From a virus (taxonomy: Duplodnaviria; Caudoviricetes), in the IMG/VR virus record IMGVR_UViG_3300029818_000084, positions 1 to 30,362 of that record: a DNA stretch of 30,362 nucleotides; one strand, given 5' to 3'. Under the pieces are notes generated by a model. It made no database searches. It was not told the origin of the DNA and saw nothing but the letters and a program-made list of their open reading frames with translations. Position 1 is the stretch's first letter, and the number at the start of each line of letters is the position of its first letter. The position numbers and the translations under genes are program-made. Below, in pieces: positions 24,914 through 30,362 of the stretch.

Positions 24914-25473
24914 TGAGCAACGTACTAAACAAATTGATGCAACCGATCCAGCGCCGTGTGCGTTTGATGATCTCGCGCGCATTGCTCACCCTGGTGAATG
25001 ACGGTGCCGGTATCCAGGTGGTGCAGGTCAAGCTGCTGGCAGGCGAGGTGCGCGACAGCGTCGAACGGATGCAGAACTATGGCTTTACCAGCGTCCCGCA
25101 TGGCGGGGCAGAAGGCGTGATGGCATGCGTGAGCGGCGACCGCGACCACGGTATTGTGATCGTGATGGATGATCGTCGCCACCGGCCAACTGGTCTGGAA
25201 AAAGGCGAAAGCGCCCAGTATGACGATCTTGGCCAGATGGTGCATTTGACCCGCAACGGCATCGTTATCACCGGTGCCGGCCTGCCGGTCACCATTACTG
25301 ATACGCCAAAAGTTCGCATGGAAACACCATTGCTGGAAGTCACCGGCGAGATCAAGGACCGCTGCGATACCGACGGCAGAACGATGTCCGGCATGCGCGA
25401 TATTTACAACGGCCACACCCACCCGGAAAACGACAGTGGCGGCCCGACTGACGCACCGAACCAGGGTATGTGA
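24913..25473 (+). CDS. baseplate spike (Mu gp45 / gpV-like)
   Basis: VERMQNYGFTSVP..GAE, DDRRHRP.GL..GE...YD; C-terminal YNGHTH iron-binding motif. Confidence 0.94.
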   Translation: MSNVLNKLMQPIQRRVRLMISRALLTLVNDGAGIQVVQVKLLAGEVRDSVERMQNYGFTSVPHGGAEGVMACVSGDRDHGIVIVMDDRRHRPTGLEKGESAQYDDLGQMVHLTRNGIVITGAGLPVTITDTPKVRMETPLLEVTGEIKDRCDTDGRTMSGMRDIYNGHTHPENDSGGPTDAPNQGM

Positions 25474-25934
25474 TGGCAGATATTCGCACAGTATTTATCG
25501 ACATGGAGCACGGCGCGGATTACGCGATGGATGCGCTGCTGCTCGAGCAGGATGACGGCCTCGATACGGCCATCATCATCAGCCTGTTTACTGATCGGCG
25601 CGCATCCCGCGATGACGTGCTGCCGGATGCCGGTAGTGACAGGCGCGGCACCTGGATGGACGCCTATGCCGATGTGCCAGGCGACAAGATGGGCAGCCGT
25701 CTGTGGCTGCTGGAGCGTGCCAAGTTGACGCAGGAAACGGTGATCCGCGTGCGCGAATACATCCGGGAGGCGCTTGACTGGATGGTGCGCGACGGCGTGG
25801 CCAAGCGGGTGGATGTAGACACCTTCATCACCCGCCATCACCCGCTCGGCATCATCGGTGCCGCCATCGATATCGTCAAACCGGATGGCCAGACGACCCG
25901 ATATAAATTTGAAACCCTGTGGAGTGCGGTGTAA
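25470..25934 (+). CDS. baseplate wedge protein (Mu gp46)
   Basis: L.TAIIISLFTDRRA, GSRLWLL.R.K, EAL.WM..DGVA; start 25470 or 25473. Confidence 0.93.
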   Translation: MMADIRTVFIDMEHGADYAMDALLLEQDDGLDTAIIISLFTDRRASRDDVLPDAGSDRRGTWMDAYADVPGDKMGSRLWLLERAKLTQETVIRVREYIREALDWMVRDGVAKRVDVDTFITRHHPLGIIGAAIDIVKPDGQTTRYKFETLWSAV

Positions 25935-26992
25935 TGCCTTTTAATCGACCCAGCCTGCAAACCCTGATTGCCAGAAACCAGGGCGATATCGAGAGCAACC
26001 TGCCGGGCAGCGATGCCAAGGTGCGCCGCTCAAACCTCGGCGTGATTGCCCGCCTGATCGCAGGCACCGCGCACGGGCTTTACGGTTTTATCGATTGGGC
26101 TTCCCGCCAGATCCTGCCATTTGAGGCAGAGGCCGAAGAGCTGGACCGCCACGCCAACTTCTGGCTTTCGCAACCGCGCAAACCGGCGGTGCCGGCGCAA
26201 GGCAATATCCAGGTGACAGGCACCAACGGCACCCTGGTACCGGCCGCCACGATCTGGGTCAGGGCCGATGGTGCTGAATTCGAGTCGGTGGCAGAGGCAA
26301 CCATTGACGGCGCTACCAGCATAGAAGTAGAGGCGCGCGTTGCCGGTGCAGCCGGTAACACTGCATCTGCTGCTGGCTTAGTGCTGGCTTCGCCCATCGC
26401 CGGCGTTAACGGTAGCGCATCGGTCATGTCTCCCGGCCTGACCGGCGGGGCAGATGTCGAAACGGACGACGCACTGCGCGCCAGGGTGCTGGCCAGGCCG
26501 AAACAACCGCCACACGGCGGTGCCAAGTTCGATTATGTGACATGGGCGCTTGAAGTGCCCGGCGTCACGCGGGCATGGTCTTACCCGCTGGAGCAAGGCG
26601 ATGGCACGGTGACTGTGCGCTTCATGCGCGACGATGACGATAACCCGATACCGGACAGCACCGAGGTCGATACCGTGCAAGCCTATATCGAAGAACGCTA
26701 CCCAGTGACCGGCCATGTCTTTGTCGTAGCACCACTGGCAGCCCCTATCGATTTTGAGTTCAGCGCCCTGACGCCGGACGATAGCGCCACGCGCGCTGCG
26801 ATCACGGAAGAGCTGCGCGACCTGATCAGCCGCGAAGCGGTGCCCGGCGGCACCCTCCTGATTACCCATATCCGCGAGGTGATCAGCGCCGCTGCAGGCG
26901 AGCATGACTATGTGCTGGTGTCCCCAGCGGCCAATGTCGTCAACGCGACCGGCTATATCTCCACGTTGGGGAATATCACATGGCCAGCGTAA
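25934..26992 (+). CDS. baseplate J / Mu gp47 protein
   Basis: MPFNRPSL, GAAGN, GGADVETDD.LR.R, PPHGGA..DY..WALEVPGVTRAW; ATG 25934. Confidence 0.95.
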   Translation: MPFNRPSLQTLIARNQGDIESNLPGSDAKVRRSNLGVIARLIAGTAHGLYGFIDWASRQILPFEAEAEELDRHANFWLSQPRKPAVPAQGNIQVTGTNGTLVPAATIWVRADGAEFESVAEATIDGATSIEVEARVAGAAGNTASAAGLVLASPIAGVNGSASVMSPGLTGGADVETDDALRARVLARPKQPPHGGAKFDYVTWALEVPGVTRAWSYPLEQGDGTVTVRFMRDDDDNPIPDSTEVDTVQAYIEERYPVTGHVFVVAPLAAPIDFEFSALTPDDSATRAAITEELRDLISREAVPGGTLLITHIREVISAAAGEHDYVLVSPAANVVNATGYISTLGNITWPA

Positions 26993-27582
26993 GCGATTAC
27001 CTCCACCAGTTTCTGGCATTATTGCCGACCGGCAGGATTCCCTGGCCAAGAGACCCCGGCACACGGCTTTATCAGTTGCTATCCGGATTAAGCGTTGAGT
27101 TCGCCCGCGTCGATGACAGGGTTATCGATCTGCGCGACGAAGCCGATCCGCATACCACGCTTGAACTGTTGGATGAGTGGGAAGAATTCGCCGGCCTGCC
27201 GGACCCTTGCAGCGCCGGGCTGGTCACCACGCTGCAGGAAAGACGTCGCGCGCTGGAATCAAAACTGCTCGCCACTGGCGGTGCCAGCGAGGCTTATTTC
27301 ATGGCGATCTGTAACGAGATGGGCTACGAGGTCGAGATTGAACGCTTCCGGCCATTCATTTGCGGCTTGTCGCGTTGCGGCGATGTATTGAACGGCGCGC
27401 CATCCGTCCGCCACACCTGGCGCGTGCGCGTCATCGGCCCGCGCGTCACCCTGTTCCGCACCGGCAGCAGCCAATGCGGCGACCGCCTCGGCAAAATATC
27501 CCGCGCAGAAGACCTCGAATGCAGGCTACACAACCTGAAACAGGCACACACCCGATTAATCGTAGCTTACGAAGGAGCTTAA
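26980..27582 (+). CDS. Mu gp48 / YmfQ-like baseplate protein (DUF2313)
   Basis: LALLPTG..WP, E.DP.TT.ELL.EWE...GLPD.C, GG.S..YF, LEC......AHT. Confidence 0.92.
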   Translation: MASVSDYLHQFLALLPTGRIPWPRDPGTRLYQLLSGLSVEFARVDDRVIDLRDEADPHTTLELLDEWEEFAGLPDPCSAGLVTTLQERRRALESKLLATGGASEAYFMAICNEMGYEVEIERFRPFICGLSRCGDVLNGAPSVRHTWRVRVIGPRVTLFRTGSSQCGDRLGKISRAEDLECRLHNLKQAHTRLIVAYEGA

Positions 27583-27585
27583 AAA

Positions 27586-28215
27586 ATGGAATACGTACCG
27601 CCAATAGGTGGCGACCCAAACGACCCCTACATCGACGCCAACCCGGCGCTGGGTGTGGAAGGGTCACCCGTACCGGCCGCCGCAATCGAACACCCGATGC
27701 GGGAGATTATGAACGTCATTCTGGCGGCAGGAATTATTCCTGATTCCGGAGACCTGACGCAGCTCTCGGCGGCGATTCAGGCGATGATTCTGGCATCGCT
27801 CGCGCCGGATGCCAGCGAAACAGTCAAGGGCATCATTAAAATTGCTACGACAGCGGAAGCGCAGGCGCTGATTGATGATATTCGTGCGTTGACGGCACTG
27901 AAGCTGGCAGCAGTCCTCGATGTCACAGCCCTCGGACGGAATCAGACATTTCAAGATGTGAAGGCCGTCAGGGCTAATAATATAATCTATACCAATACGG
28001 ACTCTGCGCCAATCATGGTATTCGTCAGCATGACATCGACATCTACCGCGCAAGCCATTTTTATCACGATTGATGATTTTGAAGTTCAAGGTTCAAACGG
28101 CACTGCGGCAGGGAATTCCTGCTATGCGACATTCATCGTGCCCCCCGGTTCGGAATACAAGGCGCGGATGATTAATTTTTCCGCCATCCTACATTGGGGC
28201 GAGCTTCGATTTTAA
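27586..28215 (+). CDS. short tail fibre protein
   Basis: N-terminal EI.NVI.AAGI.PD..DL.QL..AI, ASETVKGI..IAT.AE; C-terminal LG.NQT.QDV...R....YTNT...PIMV...FIVPPG..Y...WGELR. Confidence 0.82.
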   Translation: MEYVPPIGGDPNDPYIDANPALGVEGSPVPAAAIEHPMREIMNVILAAGIIPDSGDLTQLSAAIQAMILASLAPDASETVKGIIKIATTAEAQALIDDIRALTALKLAAVLDVTALGRNQTFQDVKAVRANNIIYTNTDSAPIMVFVSMTSTSTAQAIFITIDDFEVQGSNGTAAGNSCYATFIVPPGSEYKARMINFSAILHWGELRF

Positions 28216-28227
28216 GGAGAATTTTTT

Positions 28228-28749
28228 ATGAAATATTACAAAGACAGCCAGAACAACGTTTACGCTTTTACAGCGGACGGCAGTCAAGATGACTATATTA
28301 ATTCATCCATGCTGCCTATTACCGAACAAGAGGCGGATGAACTTTCTAATCCGCCACCTTCCGCATCCGCCGCCATCGCCGCCAAGCTCGTTACCATCAA
28401 CGCCGCGAGCGATGCCGAGATCGCTTCCGTCAGCGCAGGCTATCCATCCGGCGAAGTGCTGAGCTGGCCCAAGCAGGAAGCCGAGGCGCGGGCATGGACG
28501 GCAGACAACCAGGCCGTGACGCCGCTGCTGGATTCTCTGGCCGCCGCGCGCGGCATCAGCAAGGCCGAACTGACCAGCCGCGTCATCGCCAAGGCTGACC
28601 TGTTCGCCCAGGTGTCAGGCGCCATCATCGGCAAGCGGCAGGGGCTGGAAGATCAGATCGACGCCATCAGAGTTGGCCTTACCGTCGAGGAACTGGAAGC
28701 GCCGATCACACCGGCAGTGCAGGCGCTGCTGGATGCCGTGCAATGGTAA
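28228..28749 (+). CDS. tail fibre assembly/chaperone protein
   Basis: MKYYKD..N.VYAF..DGSQD.YI; YP..E..SW..QE.EARAW; terminal W; follows fibre. Confidence 0.8.
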   Translation: MKYYKDSQNNVYAFTADGSQDDYINSSMLPITEQEADELSNPPPSASAAIAAKLVTINAASDAEIASVSAGYPSGEVLSWPKQEAEARAWTADNQAVTPLLDSLAAARGISKAELTSRVIAKADLFAQVSGAIIGKRQGLEDQIDAIRVGLTVEELEAPITPAVQALLDAVQW

Positions 28750-28817
28750 CCGGCCTGATTCTGGTGGCCGCGCTGATTCTCTGGTCGGCGTATCACGCAT
28801 TCAGGGCGGGCCACTGA
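28743..28817 (+). CDS. 24-aa hydrophobic micro-protein MVTGLILVAALILWSAYHAFRAGH
   Basis: ATG 28743 overlaps previous gene end; TGATG coupling to next gene; fills the gap exactly. Confidence 0.5.
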   Translation: MVTGLILVAALILWSAYHAFRAGH

Positions 28818-29164
28818 TGACCGCGCTGACACCCATCGGCCTGACCATCGCCAGCCTCTGGACGCTGTGGATCTTCTACCTCGCCGTGATGAGCCTCTAC
28901 CGTGCGCACCACGCCCGCACGCTCAGTTTGCCGGCCAAGCTGTTGGGCTATCCGGTGCTGGCCATCGGCGCGCTGCTCGATGCTGCGGTCAACATCGTCA
29001 TCATGTCCGTGGTGTTCGCCGAGCGCCCGTCCGAATGGCTGCTCACCCAGCGCCTTGCGCGGCACATCAAGCGCGGCGGCGGCTGGCGTCGCAAGCTGGC
29101 CAGCTGGATATGCAGCCACCTGCTCAACCCGTTCGACCCGGATCAGCGCGGGCATTGCCGGTGA
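28817..29164 (+). CDS. phage membrane protein (115 aa, 2 predicted TM)
   Basis: Hydrophobic helices then E.P.EW..T.RL.R...W....A.WIC..LLNPFD...HC. Confidence 0.7.
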   Translation: MTALTPIGLTIASLWTLWIFYLAVMSLYRAHHARTLSLPAKLLGYPVLAIGALLDAAVNIVIMSVVFAERPSEWLLTQRLARHIKRGGGWRRKLASWICSHLLNPFDPDQRGHCR

Positions 29165-29406
29165 CCATGCTGATCACCCTGCTCATTTTCATCACCCTCC
29201 TGCTGGCGGCCTGCACCGTGGTGCCGATGTTGATCGGGCTTTTCACCCTCTACCACCTGCTTCGGGCCAAGCAGCGCCCGGCTGATACCAGCAACCGCAT
29301 CAACCACATCCGCCTATGGTGGTTCGCCCTGACGCGGGAGGATAAGTTTGTTGGACTGTTCCCGTGGATGACACGGGATGAATGGGACAACATGAAGAAT
29401 TACTAA
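29161..29406 (+). CDS. small phage membrane protein
   Basis: GTGA overlap (or ATG 29167); long hydrophobic N-terminus; PADTSNRINHIRLWWF. Confidence 0.65.
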   Translation: MTMLITLLIFITLLLAACTVVPMLIGLFTLYHLLRAKQRPADTSNRINHIRLWWFALTREDKFVGLFPWMTRDEWDNMKNY

Positions 29407-29409
29407 TAG

Positions 29410-29518
29410 AAGAGAGAGCGACCCTGACCATGCGTCAACATGGCCAAGGTCACTTCAACACACAGGCTACACCTGTGCATTAAAGCCAAGGCTCCCTGCC
29501 ATGACGTCACGGCGGGTG
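29410..29518 (-). ncRNA. putative antisense sRNA in the methyltransferase leader
   Basis: Hairpins 29418-53 and 29453-85, whose six mismatches are all G-U pairs on the minus strand; third hairpin 29495-516; pyrimidine tail; -10 TAGGCT at 29526-21. Confidence 0.55.
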
Positions 29519-29557
29519 TAAGCCTAGCGGAATTTTTAACGCATAGGAAGAAACAAA

Positions 29558-30362
29558 ATGAATGCAGCTCCAGTAATACCTTGGATGGGTGGCAAGCGCC
29601 GCCTAGCCGATAAGATAATCCCGCTCTTTCCACAACATGAATGTTATGTCGAAGTCTTCTGCGGAGGCGCAGCGCTGTATTTTCAGAAGCGTCCGGCTCC
29701 AGTAGAAGTGCTTAACGACATCAATAGTGATCTGTCGTGCTTATATAGAGTGCTGACCTTTCATCTCGAAGAGTTTGTCCGCCAGTTCAAGTGGGCGATC
29801 AGCTCACGCCAGGTGTTTGAATGGGAAAAGATGAAAAAACCCTGAAACACTGACCGACATACAACGTGCAGCTCGTTTCTTCTACCTGCAGCACCATGCA
29901 TTCGGCGGCAAGGTAGACGGCCAGAACTATGGCACTGCCACCACAGCTCCGATGATCAACCTGCTACGCATCGAAGAGAACCTATCTGCAGCTCATTTGA
30001 GGCTTTGCCAAGGCACCAATGTCGAGAACCTGCCTTGGCTCAAGTGCATGGAGAAATACGACAGGCCGCACTCATTCTTTTACTGCGATCCACCGTATTG
30101 GGGTACAGCAGGATATGGCGTCGAGTTTGATTATGATCAGTACGTGAAGATGGCTGAGTTCATGCGCAACTGCAAAGGTAAGGTCATGGTCAGCATCAAC
30201 GACCACCAGGAGATCAGAGCAGCCTATGAAGGTTTAACGATCATCGATGGAGAAGCGCTAGGCATCAAATACAGCGTGGGAAACATGCACGGCGATCCTG
30301 AGACCAGCAAGGAGCTGGTGATACTTAACTATGATCCTATGGCAGTGAGTGGATTGTTTTAA
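29558..30362 (+). pseudogene. D12-class N6-adenine DNA methyltransferase interrupted by one +1 frameshift near 29834-29845
   Basis: PWMGGKRRLA, YVEVFCGG, EVLNDIN in frame 1; PETLTDIQRAARFFYLQ...FFYCDPPY in +1 frame; 805 nt = 267 codons + stop + 1 nt. Confidence 0.85.

Larger units (their letters stand above)
1..30362 (+). mobile_element. Mu-like transposable prophage (partial; repressor/transposase and ends outside the window)
   Basis: Colinear Mu-type order: Gam-like, GemA, Mor, lysis, gp25-gp29, MuF, I/Z, T, gp36-38, L, M, TAC, TMP, N, P, gp45-48, fibre, DNA-modification gene; nearly all + strand with coupled start/stop codons. Confidence 0.96.

Noticed and set aside
27586-30362. Diversity-generating retroelement or invertible G segment at the tail fibre
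   Set aside because: No reverse transcriptase, TR/VR repeat pair, invertase or inverted fibre copy seen within the window.
1-30362. CRISPR array, tRNA genes, IS elements
   Set aside because: No regularly spaced repeats, cloverleaf with T/D-loop consensus, or transposase ORF noticed on reading. Not verified computationally.

Overview
Almost the whole window is a Mu-like (transposable, contractile-tailed) prophage on the + strand, GC-rich and probably from a Betaproteobacterium. The repressor, transposase A/B and both att ends lie outside the window. Gene order: early/semi-essential genes (HTH proteins, HNH, Gam-like, HU, GemA, Mor/C activator) with two AT-richer morons; lysis (SAR endolysin, Rz/Rz1, gp25); gp26, TerS, TerL, portal; MuF with a C-terminal nuclease-like extension; protease/scaffold, capsid, neck, tail, baseplate, short tail fibre; three small membrane ORFs; and a frameshifted D12-class adenine methyltransferase where Mu has com/mom. 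The most interesting signals are non-coding. (1) A ~104-nt pseudoknotted minus-strand RNA with its own sigma70-like promoter converges on the 3' end of the MuF-nuclease gene, which has no immunity ORF, so it is a candidate RNA antitoxin. (2) A ~110-nt minus-strand three-hairpin RNA lies in the leader of the methyltransferase, which is itself split at a CCC-TGA shifty stop. (3) An H-type pseudoknot plus hairpin sits in the early operon. (4) Three equally spaced late-promoter motifs occur, two apparently giving leaderless mRNAs. Family assignments come from motif recognition and synteny, not database searches.
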